From the IMG/VR virus record IMGVR_UViG_3300031413_000570: a stretch of DNA of 64,000 bases; one strand, written 5' to 3'. The notes under the pieces were generated by a model. The model was not told the DNA's origin. It did no database searches and was given only the letters and a program-made list of their open reading frames with translations. Positions 18,100 through 29,857 of this stretch are shown piece by piece. This stretch comes from a virus (Duplodnaviria > Heunggongvirae > Uroviricota > Caudoviricetes). Positions within the stretch are counted from its first letter, which is position 1, and each line of letters opens with the position of its first letter. The position numbers and the translations under genes are program-made.

Positions 18100-18759
18100 C
18101 TACTTTTGGTGTGCTTCGTACGTAGCCATTAGCCTTTTAGCTTCAGGAGTTTCACCATAGTTACTAAGGAATGTCTCGTTAGTCCAGTTCAGACCCATCG
18201 ATTCTTTAGCTACCCATCTTTCAGCTGCTTCTAAAAGTACCTTGTAACGCTTCAAAGACTTTTTAGTTTCAGCAAGTAGCTTTGTCATATCACTCAATGT
18301 TGCAGATGTAAACTCAAAGAAATCGCCAGTGTTAGTGTCAACTTCAGGGTCGAAGCTGATAGCAGAGGCTTCAACATCATGTTTGAGGATTTCTAACTGC
18401 TCAGCTGCATCCTGAACCAGTTCTTTCAGCTCTGCTTTGTCCTCAATCAGATTCTTCTGGTCATAACCAACAGAAGTAAAGATGAACTTCCATACATCAT
18501 CTTCGTTACCGACAAAACCCCAGTCGGATTCAACTAACTCAACCATTAAGTCGTCAGCAATAGGAATTCCTATATCTTTCTGACTGTCATATACACGCTG
18601 GTATTGTTTTACCAATTCAAGCTGAGTTGACTGCATAGGTACAGAGATATGGAACTCACCCTCTGGGGTTTCCAAATGCCACGTAGGAGGTGCATCATAT
18701 GCTGCTTTTTCTACCAGCTTGACCCATTTACCGTTAGCTTCTACTTTAATGTTGTCCAT
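18100..18759 (-). CDS. hypothetical protein (219 aa, acidic)
   Basis: Complete ORF. Confidence 0.45.
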   Translation of the reverse strand: MDNIKVEANGKWVKLVEKAAYDAPPTWHLETPEGEFHISVPMQSTQLELVKQYQRVYDSQKDIGIPIADDLMVELVESDWGFVGNEDDVWKFIFTSVGYDQKNLIEDKAELKELVQDAAEQLEILKHDVEASAISFDPEVDTNTGDFFEFTSATLSDMTKLLAETKKSLKRYKVLLEAAERWVAKESMGLNWTNETFLSNYGETPEAKRLMATYEAHQK

Positions 18760-18843
18760 GGTAACTCCTGTTACGCTTTATTGGTGTTGTACAGGTCAAT
18801 TGTAACACAATGGTGATGACCCAGGCCGAACTATGCCGTTTCT

Positions 18844-19473
18844 TTGTTCCACACTATTTATGTCTTCTACCTAATTTGTTTGATACAATTGGATACCAAG
18901 ACAGAATGGTTGAAACACCTAATGGCTAAAGAAACAAACAAACGACCAGCTAAAATAGCTGATGTCCTCAACACATTACCTAAAAGAGAACTTGCTCATT
19001 ACGCTCATGGCGAATGGGCTAAGCTCATCCCAGTTCCTGAAGCTACACGAGTAGTCACTGCACTGACTTTAGATGAAGTCTTTGAAGCTCAACGCACAGG
19101 AGCAGAACTTCAGGTTACGGTGGTTATTTCTTACCGCCTGAGCATGTTAGGCGACAGTAACGGCTGGAACGAGAGTGACACTTCTCTGTATGTGAATGAA
19201 GATGAACAGGGACATAAGTCTGTCGCAATTAAGTTTGAAGAAATCCATAAGGAGTTGAAGTTACGAATCAATCAGGTTCAAAGCTTCCAACCTTCTGACG
19301 CTCGCCCGCATCAAGATGTTCCTCCATCTGCAGACACATGGGTGGCAAAAGGATACACAACTGGTTACCATGAGTACAATTACAACGCAGGTGGAGAATG
19401 GTACAACAGCCATTATGTTCTGACTTGCGAAAAAGGTGTCATCACCTGGGAATATATAGCTAAAAAGAACTAA
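18844..19473 (+). CDS. hypothetical protein (209 aa)
   Basis: Complete ORF ending at a strong terminator. Confidence 0.45.
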   Translation: MFHTIYVFYLICLIQLDTKTEWLKHLMAKETNKRPAKIADVLNTLPKRELAHYAHGEWAKLIPVPEATRVVTALTLDEVFEAQRTGAELQVTVVISYRLSMLGDSNGWNESDTSLYVNEDEQGHKSVAIKFEEIHKELKLRINQVQSFQPSDARPHQDVPPSADTWVAKGYTTGYHEYNYNAGGEWYNSHYVLTCEKGVITWEYIAKKN

Positions 19474-19513
19474 GTAGAAAGGCCCTGACTGAAGTGTCAG
19501 GGCCTTTCTACTT
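19474..19513. terminator. perfect 17-bp hairpin AGTAGAAAGGCCCTGAC-TGAAG-GTCAGGGCCTTTCTACT
   Basis: Lies between convergent genes. Confidence 0.65.
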
Positions 19514-19527
19514 AGTCGTAAAAATTT

Positions 19528-19575
19528 AATCTGAAAGGGACGCTACTATTGTTACGGTAGCGTCCCTTTCAGATT
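19528..19575. terminator. second perfect hairpin ATCTGAAAGGGACGCTAC ... GTAGCGTCCCTTTCAGAT
   Basis: 18-bp stem immediately after the dnaK stop. Forms a tandem terminator with 19474..19513. Confidence 0.6.
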
Positions 19576-19585
19576 GTTTCAGAAG

Positions 19586-21478
<1,893 letters not shown>

Positions 21479-21564
21479 TTATAGTACACCATTTTGGGGG
21501 ATAAGACAAATTAAATAAGAAAAACCTGAGTCACCACGACTCAGGTTTTTCTTATTTGCTATTT

Positions 21565-23043
21565 TCAGCTATTACGACGTGCGGCACGCAGGCGAGGAAG
21601 TCTGCGAAGAACGAATCCGCCAATCAGCATAAGGCCACCCATGAAGGTGAGGAATACAGTGGAGCTGGAATCAGAACCAGTGTAAGCCAAAGCTCGGGTG
21701 TTGGTGTCTGAACGGTCACCACGTTCAGTTACGTTGCCCAATTCGTCATTGTCGTAACCTCCAGTGTTACCCAACTCATCGTTGTCGTAACCTCCGGTGT
21801 TGAACTCTTCCTCAGGAATCAGGGATACTCCACCTGAAGAAGGGTCACGAGGAGTTGTTTCTGGTTCAGTCTCAGGAGTGACTCCTGCATCTGGGTTTGT
21901 AGGTGTGACTGGAGCTTCAGGGTCAGTAGGGGTTGTAGGGTCCACTGGAAGGGTAGGGTCTACAGGAGTTTCTGGGTCCACTGGAGTCTCAGGGTCTACA
22001 GGGATAACAGGGTCTTCTCCAGGAACGATAACTTCATCATCCTGGTTCACAACAAGAAGGCTGGTCCAACCAATGATGTTGTTGTCTGCATCAGACACGA
22101 CGATACGATGTTCACCAGTTTGGGTGCCTGCTGGAATTGTGACATCAACGTTTCCATCAACGTCAGTCTGAACCCAGCCAGCGAGAAGCACAGGAGTGGA
22201 ATGAATCCATACTGACACCCATGTTTCAGGAGCAGCAACGCTTGCAGCAGAAACTGTTACAGTGTCACCAGGAAAAGCAACTGCAGCGTTCACAGAAATA
22301 AGGTTCTCCACATCAACAGGAAGGGCTTCATCCTGCTGCATGACAGGAGCCTCTGAAGGTGCAGGGTTTTCTGTTACTGCGTCAATAGCTACAGAGAAGT
22401 CATATACTTCACCAGCGACCAATGTGACACCACCAGCAGGTAGAGGGTTGCCGTTGAGTAGGACAACTGGGCTTAGTGTTGTGTTTTCAATGTCTGGTAA
22501 ACCAGTTACTGAGACCTGGACTGTAGAGCCTTCAGGGATGTCAATAGTTGTAGGAGGGACATCTCGGGTGAGGTAAACAACGTTATCCTGCACTTCGTCA
22601 TTCACTAAAGAAGTGTAATGAACTTCAAGTGTTAGATTTTCAGGAACAGTTGAAGTGTCACCAGCGAAAGCTAAAGCAAAGGTTGTTGCAACCAAAGCAT
22701 TTTCCTCCGCAGGGACCTCTTCAACTGGTGCTTCTTCAGTAGGAACTTCTTCAACTGGTGCTTCTTCAGTAGGAACTTCTTCTACTGGAACTTCTTCAGA
22801 TGGTACAACTATTTCAGGTTCGGTTTCCTCTGGTACTGCAACCTCAGGAACAGGTACTTCTTCTGCGGTGGGGTCAGCTACTGGAGTAACTTCCTCAGTA
22901 CCAGTTTCTACTTCCGTAGGAACATCTTGTGTTGTAGTAGGAGCTGCCTCATCTGCAAGTGCTGGGGAAGCTACAAACGCTACCGCACTCAATGAAACTG
23001 TAGCTGCTACAGCTACTCCTACAATTTTTTGACCAATTGGCAT
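21565..23043 (-). CDS. cell-wall-anchored surface protein (signal peptide, acidic Pro/Glu repeats, C-terminal LAYTG sorting motif, transmembrane helix and [11 protein letters not shown] tail)
   Basis: N-terminal signal peptide ending ASPALA|DE. C-terminal LAxTG, hydrophobic segment and basic tail together form a sortase-substrate architecture. Repeats [20 protein letters not shown] and [11 protein letters not shown]. Confidence 0.65.
   Translation of the reverse strand: MPIGQKIVGVAVAATVSLSAVAFVASPALADEAAPTTTQDVPTEVETGTEEVTPVADPTAEEVPVPEVAVPEETEPEIVVPSEEVPVEEVPTEEAPVEEVPTEEAPVEEVPAEENALVATTFALAFAGDTSTVPENLTLEVHYTSLVNDEVQDNVVYLTRDVPPTTIDIPEGSTVQVSVTGLPDIENTTLSPVVLLNGNPLPAGGVTLVAGEVYDFSVAIDAVTENPAPSEAPVMQQDEALPVDVENLISVNAAVAFPGDTVTVSAASVAAPETWVSVWIHSTPVLLAGWVQTDVDGNVDVTIPAGTQTGEHRIVVSDADNNIIGWTSLLVVNQDDEVIVPGEDPVIPVDPETPVDPETPVDPTLPVDPTTPTDPEAPVTPTNPDAGVTPETEPETTPRDPSSGGVSLIPEEEFNTGGYDNDELGNTGGYDNDELGNVTERGDRSDTNTRALAYTGSDSSSTVFLTFMGGLMLIGGFVLRRLPRLRAARRNS
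22711..22800. repeat. 30-nt in-frame tandem repeat, three copies (encoding [10 protein letters not shown]) inside the surface-protein gene
   Basis: Unit aggaacttcttcaactggtgcttcttcagt repeated, read directly. Confidence 0.6.
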
Positions 23044-23189
23044 AATAACAGTAATCTTTCCGTATTTTGAACGTTAGCACCAGCTTACATTATATTTCAA
23101 TGACAAGCAAATTAGGCGGTTCCTTATGTTGTAGTATCTGTAAAAACCTAATTAAATGCGATTCTTTAGCAAACTATTGTTATTGCTGT

Positions 23190-23462
23190 TTATACGGTAA
23201 GTTGATAAAGCCTTTGTTTGATTTCGAAGCTCAATTCTGGATGATCGATGAGCTTATCGTAATCAATTTTGTATTTAGAGAAAAAGAACAGCAGCATTGT
23301 TGATACTGAGCCTTCACTGTCTTCGATGTAATGATCGGAAGTAATAGCAACCTGTTCAGTGACAACATAACGGAGCAGAACGTTTTGAGCGTGCCTAGGT
23401 TTTTTACCAGCCGCAACAACAATCGCCACTAAATCAGCAACACTCATTCTTCTCATGTCCAT
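23190..23462 (-). CDS. hypothetical protein (90 aa)
   Basis: ORF in the gap between the surface-protein gene and RNA-ligase paralog 2. Weak call. Confidence 0.35.
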   Translation of the reverse strand: MDMRRMSVADLVAIVVAAGKKPRHAQNVLLRYVVTEQVAITSDHYIEDSEGSVSTMLLFFFSKYKIDYDKLIDHPELSFEIKQRLYQLTV

Positions 23463-23549
23463 CTCTAACCAATCGGATGCAGATTAGTTGACTTGGAGAC
23501 CTGTCTTCTGCTATCGTTGATTAGATACTGATCTAACGAAAGAACCATC

Positions 23550-24671
23550 ATGGTACACATTTACGATATTGCTCCTGCTGAACTTTGGGCAGCTGAGTTC
23601 CAGAACAAACACATCAACCGTCAGGTTCACCCTACGCTTGACTTGGCTATCTTCGACTATTCGCAGGTATGCCAGTTCGACCGAGCCTGGAACGCTGCCA
23701 CATTAGCTTCACGAGGACTTATCGTTGACGGTTCCACTCAGGAGATTGTTTCCCGCCCTCTTGGTAAATTCTTCAACCACGGCGAACCAGATGTCCCTCA
23801 GGATGCGTTGACTGGACCTATCGTGGTCACAGACAAAGCAGATGGTTCTATGGGTGTTTCATATGTCAACCCTGAAACAGGTCGACTGAACATTTCCACA
23901 CGTGGTTCGTTCAGCTCTGAGCAGGCTCTGCATGCTACAGCTCGTTACCAGGAGCTGTACGACGGCAAATGGGAGCCAATTGCTGGTGAGACTTACATCT
24001 GGGAAATCATCTACCCTACAAACCGCATCGTTGTCAACTATGGGGATTTGGATGACCTCATCCTTATTGCCCGAGTGAACACAGCAACAGGCCGCTCTGT
24101 GCCAGCATCACAGGTTGAAGAGTGGACTTGGTTGAAGGTTGAGCAGTTCGAGTACAGCAGCCTCACTGAAGCTTTAGCGGCTCCTGGTCGTGAGAACAAA
24201 GAAGGTGTGGTTGTTCACTTCCTGGATAGTGATGTTCGTGTGAAAGTGAAGCAGGACGACTACATCCAGCTTCACCGTGTCATCACAGGTGCGTCTTCGC
24301 GTCGAATCTGGGAGTTGCTCGTAGCTGACGGTGATTTCACTTCTTGGATTGTTGGTCTCCCCGACGAGTTCGTTGAATATGTAGAAACAACTCGTGATCG
24401 ACTGATTGCAGAGCATGCCGAAGTGCGTTCAACAGTTGAAGAGACTTACAACCGTATCCTCTCTGAGCTTCCTGAAGGGTACACTCAGAAAGACTACGCT
24501 GCAGCTGTGCAGAAAGAAGACAAAAGCATTACTGGTTTGTTGTTCTCCCGTCACAGTGGAGGTCATTTTGAAGCTAAGTCTGAGAAGAAAATCTCTGACA
24601 TCATCTGGAAAATGATTCAGCCTGAGTTCGAGAAGCCTTTCTGGAACTTGAACGGAAAAACTGCTGACTAA
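23550..24671 (+). CDS. ATP-dependent RNA ligase, paralog 2
   Basis: Motif I KADGSMG. SRGLIVDGSTQEIVSRPLGKFFNHGE aligns with the ORF at 8889..10130. Further shared blocks: YIWEIIYPTNRIVVNYGD and NKEGVVVH. Confidence 0.65.
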   Translation: MVHIYDIAPAELWAAEFQNKHINRQVHPTLDLAIFDYSQVCQFDRAWNAATLASRGLIVDGSTQEIVSRPLGKFFNHGEPDVPQDALTGPIVVTDKADGSMGVSYVNPETGRLNISTRGSFSSEQALHATARYQELYDGKWEPIAGETYIWEIIYPTNRIVVNYGDLDDLILIARVNTATGRSVPASQVEEWTWLKVEQFEYSSLTEALAAPGRENKEGVVVHFLDSDVRVKVKQDDYIQLHRVITGASSRRIWELLVADGDFTSWIVGLPDEFVEYVETTRDRLIAEHAEVRSTVEETYNRILSELPEGYTQKDYAAAVQKEDKSITGLLFSRHSGGHFEAKSEKKISDIIWKMIQPEFEKPFWNLNGKTAD

Positions 24672-24673
24672 AC

Positions 24674-24719
24674 GATAAAAGCCGGCACAACAGAATTCTT
24701 TGTTGTGCCGGCTTTTATC
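24674..24719. terminator. bidirectional hairpin GATAAAAGCCGGCACAACA-GAATTC-TGTTGTGCCGGCTTTTATC
   Basis: Perfect stem of about 19 bp between convergent genes. Confidence 0.65.
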
Positions 24720-24721
24720 GT

Positions 24722-25777
24722 TTAAGGTGCAAACTGAAAAGCTGTAGTGAACTGTAGCTGGTAAAGAATTTTTCCTGTTTCTGCATCAGCAAACAACGTA
24801 GACACTTCACCGCCGTTGTACTGCGTCACTGGAATTGCGACCACATTATTCTCCGAATCATATGATAAGCGGTTACCTAACGTGTATCCAAGGGTGGACA
24901 AATCAACCAGTAAAGTAGCTCCAAGATTTGTGTCTTTGATAATGTACTCATGATATGCATCTTCTTCTGGTGAATAAGCAGTCACAGCCCACAAGATACT
25001 GGTTCTATCAATAGCTGTTGTCCCTGACGCTATCTGAGTTTTAGAATCCGCAGCTTCAGGTAAGACCAATTTAACAGTATTCAAATCGTTCAAGTTGTAC
25101 GAAATTGGAGTCGAAGCATCAGCTTCAGTTCCCCATAGGAACAATGTGTTTCCTTTGTTGTAAAAACCTCCGAGATAACCCATCTGACCTAACTGCACAA
25201 ACGGTTGCCATTGACCAGCTTCATCCACTTTCCCTGAGTAGACAGTACTGGTCAAACCAGCCTGATACACAACGTTTCCTGTTTTGGAGTTCACTTGCCA
25301 TTGTGAGGATGCTTGTACTTCTGTGGTTGTTTCCTTCTTTTCTTGAGTATCGTATGAAACGAAACGCTGGGTTGTCGTATCTGTGTCACAAGAGTTCAAA
25401 TACACAAAATACCTGTCGAATACTGAGCTGGTCTGAAGCACTGAACAGCCAGGGGTGGTGATGTCTTCAGCTTTACCTGAGTCCAAATCTACAAGCAGAA
25501 CTTTCTGTGTAGAAGTGATAAGTAGTGCATGTGAATGGGTTAGTGAGAAAGAAAGAATGGACTCTGGACCAGAGTAGGCTTCCTCACCTGGGTCAGTTCC
25601 TTTTTGATGGTAGAAAGAGGAATCGACTAAGTAGTACCCGTCAACATTGTCTACTTTTGTTTGCTGGGTGATTCCGTCTTTGACAAACAAAGCAGCGACT
25701 AAAGCCAGAACAAGTAGTAACGACACCACTATGCTGCGGTTGAGATTATGCTGCGGTTTGGTTTGTTCAGTACTCAT
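24722..25777 (-). CDS. membrane-anchored exported protein, hypothetical (N-terminal transmembrane helix, beta-rich ectodomain)
   Basis: IVVSLLLVLALVAALFV transmembrane segment, then a hydrophilic domain rich in Thr/Ser/Tyr. Overlaps the next gene by 11 nt. Confidence 0.45.
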   Translation of the reverse strand: MSTEQTKPQHNLNRSIVVSLLLVLALVAALFVKDGITQQTKVDNVDGYYLVDSSFYHQKGTDPGEEAYSGPESILSFSLTHSHALLITSTQKVLLVDLDSGKAEDITTPGCSVLQTSSVFDRYFVYLNSCDTDTTTQRFVSYDTQEKKETTTEVQASSQWQVNSKTGNVVYQAGLTSTVYSGKVDEAGQWQPFVQLGQMGYLGGFYNKGNTLFLWGTEADASTPISYNLNDLNTVKLVLPEAADSKTQIASGTTAIDRTSILWAVTAYSPEEDAYHEYIIKDTNLGATLLVDLSTLGYTLGNRLSYDSENNVVAIPVTQYNGGEVSTLFADAETGKILYQLQFTTAFQFAP

Positions 25778-26489
25778 AAGGAGCCTCTGGTTCTACAGTT
25801 TTGGTTACACTATCAGGGATGAGCTCAGCCTGGTACCCACTGTTACTTGTAGTGTCACTAAACTCTCCTTGCACTTCAACCCAATCATTTTCTTGGAAGT
25901 TCTGCTGCCAGTTCACCTGGTGTACTGGTACACCAACTGGTTGAGCGTCAACAGCACAGCAATACACAACAAATCGGGACAAGTAGAAATTATTTTCATC
26001 GATGGGAACAACAAACCCTACTAAATCAACTTCTTTTCCTGAAAATTCATACTGGATGTCAGATTCAGCAAGTAACGCCCAGTCTTTGACAGTGAAATCT
26101 TGGTAGTCTCCTTCAGGATTAGCGAAATCTTGATTCGTGGACACCACTCCGCCGTTGACGACTTTATCTGAAGCAAAGGTGGAAGATAAAGCCCCTGGAG
26201 CAACAACGAACATGCTGGAAGTAGCTACCAAAACAGTTGCCGTAATTACTAACTTCCGTTTTGAGTTTTTCTTCTCATCATGCTGATGTTCATGTACCGA
26301 AGGTTGTTTCTTAGCAAAGCTTATTGCTACCAAAGCCACACCCAAGATGACCATGATGGCGGTGAAGAGGTTGTATCGAGGATGGATGAACAATGACAGC
26401 TTACCTGTGGATATGAGCCAGAGGATGAAACTCATGGCGACTGCAAGCGTCACCCAATGTAAAGTTTTAGTTATTTTCTCAAGAGACAA
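25767..26489 (-). CDS. membrane protein, partner of the adjacent permease (resembles the TIGR03943 family)
   Basis: Three N-terminal transmembrane helices, a His-rich linker (HEHQHDEKK) and a C-terminal domain with YCCAVD. Gene-pair arrangement with a UPF0718-type permease. Confidence 0.45.
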   Translation of the reverse strand: MSLEKITKTLHWVTLAVAMSFILWLISTGKLSLFIHPRYNLFTAIMVILGVALVAISFAKKQPSVHEHQHDEKKNSKRKLVITATVLVATSSMFVVAPGALSSTFASDKVVNGGVVSTNQDFANPEGDYQDFTVKDWALLAESDIQYEFSGKEVDLVGFVVPIDENNFYLSRFVVYCCAVDAQPVGVPVHQVNWQQNFQENDWVEVQGEFSDTTSNSGYQAELIPDSVTKTVEPEAPYEY

Positions 26490-27471
26490 GGTTGACTCCT
26501 AACCCAATGCTGACGCTGGCACATACCACCAGCAGTACAATATACAGAACAGCTTTTGATGTGAACGTGGATTTCATCAATGCAATCATTTTCACATCAA
26601 CTAAAGGGCCGGCGAGAAGGAACGTGATGAGGCTTCCGTTCGTGAAAGTACTGGCAAATGATAGAGCAAAGAATGAATCCACGTTTGAACATATTGCCAC
26701 AATGATTCCAAGTAGGAGCATGACAAGAACTGACAGCACAGGGTCTTCCCCAATAGCTAACAACGTACTTCTGGGTACAATTACTTGGATGAATGCAGCA
26801 ATGCCTGCACCTACAATCAAAGCTGGGAATAGGAGAATCAACTCTGAGGCTGTTTTGTTTGCTACATTGAAGATATTTTTCTTTTCTACTGCACCTACTT
26901 CAACTCGACATGAATGTTCAAATGCAGGGGCAAGAAACTGGGTCGCATCTTGTTGCCGGGAGAAGAGCCATCCAATGACGTTGGCTATGGCCAGTCCGCC
27001 TAAAATACGACAGATGAGGATGCCTGAATCCCATCCGAAAGCTTGGTGTGTTGTGATTATGGTGACAGGGTTGACGATGGGTGCGGCGAGTAAGAAGACC
27101 ATTGCTTCTGACACTGTGAATCCTTTTAGCATTAGTCCACGGGCCATGGGAATGTTCCCACATTCACACACAGGTAAGAAGACGCCAAACAATGACAGGA
27201 AGAAGCGTTTCAGGTGAGGGTTGTTGGGAAGTATTTTTGTCAGCCAGGTGAATGAGATAAAAATCTGAACTAAGGCAGCAAGGATACTTCCCAAGATCAG
27301 GAACGGTACAGATTCAACAATCACGCTAAAACTAAGCATGAAGAAGTCGTTCAACAGCCCGGTGAAACTTTTCTTAGGCAGTAGAGCAACTGCTGCCAGT
27401 ATGAGAAGCATACCTCCAAGAAACACCCCTGATGCTTTATAGCTTTTTAGGGATGAAGATACAGTGAGCAT
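26479..27471 (-). CDS. predicted permease (UPF0718/DUF318-like, multi-pass)
   Basis: About eight hydrophobic helices with a CECGNIP motif. Overlaps the downstream gene. Confidence 0.5.
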   Translation of the reverse strand: MLTVSSSLKSYKASGVFLGGMLLILAAVALLPKKSFTGLLNDFFMLSFSVIVESVPFLILGSILAALVQIFISFTWLTKILPNNPHLKRFFLSLFGVFLPVCECGNIPMARGLMLKGFTVSEAMVFLLAAPIVNPVTIITTHQAFGWDSGILICRILGGLAIANVIGWLFSRQQDATQFLAPAFEHSCRVEVGAVEKKNIFNVANKTASELILLFPALIVGAGIAAFIQVIVPRSTLLAIGEDPVLSVLVMLLLGIIVAICSNVDSFFALSFASTFTNGSLITFLLAGPLVDVKMIALMKSTFTSKAVLYIVLLVVCASVSIGLGVNLVS

Positions 27472-27557
27472 GATGATTCATTCTAACAGGTTTGTTGGTC
27501 TGATTTGCTTTTACCTGAAAAGTGCCATAAAATGAGTGTGCTACTTATTGAGGAGTT

Positions 27558-28019
27558 TTGAATATGAACGACGCTGGCTACCTTCAGCTTGCTATTGACA
27601 CAGCTGTAAAGAACGTGGAAAGCGGTAATGGTGGACCTTTTGGGGCTGTCATTCTTTTCCCTAATGGCGACACGGTTGCTGTGGGGAACTCTGTAACTAC
27701 CACGATTGACCCTACAGCTCATGCAGAAGTGAATGCTATCAGAGCTGCTTGTGCCAAGGCTGGAGTGTTCAACCTGGAAGGATGTGTTCTTTATTCATCC
27801 TGTGAGCCTTGCCCTATGTGTCTGGGTGCTGCTCTGTGGTCTCGTGTTGACCGGATTGTGTTCTCGGCTGACCGTTACGATGCAGCGGATTCCGGTTTTG
27901 ACGATGCAGCGTTCTATGAGAAGCTTGCAGCTGGGAATGTTGCCGAGCGGATGATTCTGGATAACTCAGTGCAGCCTTTCACCACCTGGAATGAGTATCA
28001 GTTGCGTACAGAATATTAA
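27558..28019 (+). CDS. nucleoside/nucleotide deaminase (CDA fold; guanine deaminase or TadA-like)
   Basis: Zinc-binding H(A)E and PCxxC motifs: PTAHAEVNAIR and SCEPCPMCLGA. Confidence 0.75.
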   Translation: MNMNDAGYLQLAIDTAVKNVESGNGGPFGAVILFPNGDTVAVGNSVTTTIDPTAHAEVNAIRAACAKAGVFNLEGCVLYSSCEPCPMCLGAALWSRVDRIVFSADRYDAADSGFDDAAFYEKLAAGNVAERMILDNSVQPFTTWNEYQLRTEY

Positions 28020-28108
28020 ATACTAAAATTCACGTTCTTGACCCCCAAACGAGGGATAGGAGCCGATTACCTTTGCAACCTAAACAGGGGATAACAAAGG
28101 GGTAATAC

Positions 28109-29596
28109 GTGAACCACAAACAAACGCAACCTGCCCGATTCAGGGCTTTAGGCGTTGCACTATTAGCTACACTTGTTCTACCTTTCGCTACAGCTACATC
28201 CGCTTCAGCTGCAACCGCTCCGTCTGATGCATCCATTCTGTCTTCAATGACAACAGATGTTTACCAGTCAATCAATCCTAAAAGCCAAGCTAATCTACTC
28301 ACTGTCAACTCAAAAGAAATTGACAGTGCCAAAAACAGCTACGGTTTTACAGAGACTAAAGGAGTTGTCTTCAAAGCTAACCATGACCAAAAAACAGGGT
28401 TAGTGCCAGTTTATCGTCTGCATAAAAACGGCGATTTCATCTGGGTAGCAAAATCTTCCTCCTCCAACGAACTTGCTGTTGCCCAGAGTAAATACGGGTA
28501 CAAAGAGCAAGGAATCAATTTCTACGCTTCAACCAAAAACCTTTCCGGTAGCCAGCCAGTCTACCGTTTCCAGAAAAGTGGTAAGCATCGTTATGCAACA
28601 ACTGAAGCTGAAAGAACTGCCCTGACAGCAGCCGGCTGGGCAGCTGAAGGAATCTCCTTTTACGGAGCTAAAACCTCCCCTGTTGTTACACCACCAACAA
28701 CTCCGCCAGTAAACCCTGCTGATGCTGACGGAAAGTTCACAATGGCGGTAATCCCAGACACCCAACAAGAAGTTGGAACAGACACCAGATTTGTGAACAG
28801 GACACAATGGCTTGTTGATAACAAAAACGCTTTGGATTTGCGCTACGTCAACCACACTGGTGATGTCGTCAACTGGGATACTCCAAACCACGAACAGTAC
28901 GTTGTTGCATCGAAAGCTATGAAAGTTTTAGATGACAACAAAATCCAGAACTCTCTCACCATCGGGAACCATGATACAGCTGCTGTAGGTGTTGGTGGTT
29001 CTGCTGCTGACCCTAAAAACACTCGCACGTTAGTACGGAACACCACCACTTTCAATAGCTACTTCAGTCCTTCTCGTTACCCAGGTATTACAACCTTCGA
29101 AGCTGGAAAAGTCGACAATGCTTACCAGACTTTCAACGCTGCTGACAAAAAGTGGTTGGTATTGACTCTGGAACTCTGGCCACGCACTGAGGTTGTTGAC
29201 TGGGCAAAGACAGTTGTAGCTGCACACCCTGACTACAATGTCATTGTTTCCACCCATTCATATTTGAACGGCGACGGAAGCATTGACCAGTCAGCCAGTT
29301 ATGGAAGCAACTCAGCTCAGTACGTATACGACAATCTTGTCAAGCAGTACCCAAACATCAAAGTTGTCTTATCTGGTCATGTCGGTGAAGCTGGCTACCG
29401 AGAAGATGTGGGAGTAAACGGCAACAAGATTGTTTCCTACTTGGGAACATTCCATTCAAACACCACTAACCCTGTACGGACTTTGGAGTTCGACACAAAA
29501 ACAGGCAGTTTAACAACCCATTTCTATGGACCATCCAATGGAACAACATGGACACAGTATGACAGAACCACCACTGGAGTAGCCTTCGTAGGCTAA
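28109..29596 (+). CDS. secreted metallophosphoesterase (calcineurin-like) with N-terminal repeat domain
   Basis: Signal peptide ...ATSASA|ATAP. Two repeats of about 45 aa (PVYRLHKNGDF / PVYRFQKSGKH). Phosphoesterase motifs TIGNHDTA and VVLSGHVGEAG. Confidence 0.6.
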   Translation: MNHKQTQPARFRALGVALLATLVLPFATATSASAATAPSDASILSSMTTDVYQSINPKSQANLLTVNSKEIDSAKNSYGFTETKGVVFKANHDQKTGLVPVYRLHKNGDFIWVAKSSSSNELAVAQSKYGYKEQGINFYASTKNLSGSQPVYRFQKSGKHRYATTEAERTALTAAGWAAEGISFYGAKTSPVVTPPTTPPVNPADADGKFTMAVIPDTQQEVGTDTRFVNRTQWLVDNKNALDLRYVNHTGDVVNWDTPNHEQYVVASKAMKVLDDNKIQNSLTIGNHDTAAVGVGGSAADPKNTRTLVRNTTTFNSYFSPSRYPGITTFEAGKVDNAYQTFNAADKKWLVLTLELWPRTEVVDWAKTVVAAHPDYNVIVSTHSYLNGDGSIDQSASYGSNSAQYVYDNLVKQYPNIKVVLSGHVGEAGYREDVGVNGNKIVSYLGTFHSNTTNPVRTLEFDTKTGSLTTHFYGPSNGTTWTQYDRTTTGVAFVG

Positions 29597-29613
29597 CTAT
29601 TGCAGACAAAGAG

Positions 29614-29650
29614 ATGCGGGGCCCAAGTACTTAGTACCTGGGCCCCGCAG
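29614..29650 (+). terminator. hairpin TGCGGGGCCCAAGTAC-TTA-GTACCTGGGCCCCGCA
   Basis: GC-rich 16-bp stem with one mismatch, directly after the stop codon. Confidence 0.6.
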
Positions 29651-29857
29651 TGTGCAACGGAAGAAAGTTACACATGTCATCAGTTTTCTTTATCCCCCGA
29701 ATCAAGAAGAACTAACCTTTTAACGTTATCGGACGATTTTCATCCTTAACCGAACTAAAAGGTATTTTTCTTCAAAAGAAATCTGATGACGCTTACCAAT
29801 TTTCTACTGCCCCATAAGTTTAACAGCTTTTTTGAGGGAAAGTCATTTTCAGCGATT

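Noticed and set aside
22711-22800. Tandem direct repeats that could be mistaken for a CRISPR array
   Set aside because: The repeats are contiguous, with no spacers, in frame, and encode a peptide repeat inside a CDS.
21797-23032. Several Ser/Gly/Thr-rich plus-strand ORFs (21797..22171, 22262..22576, 22655..23032)
   Set aside because: They are antisense shadows of the Glu/Pro-rich surface-protein gene 21565..23043 and inherit its repeat structure.
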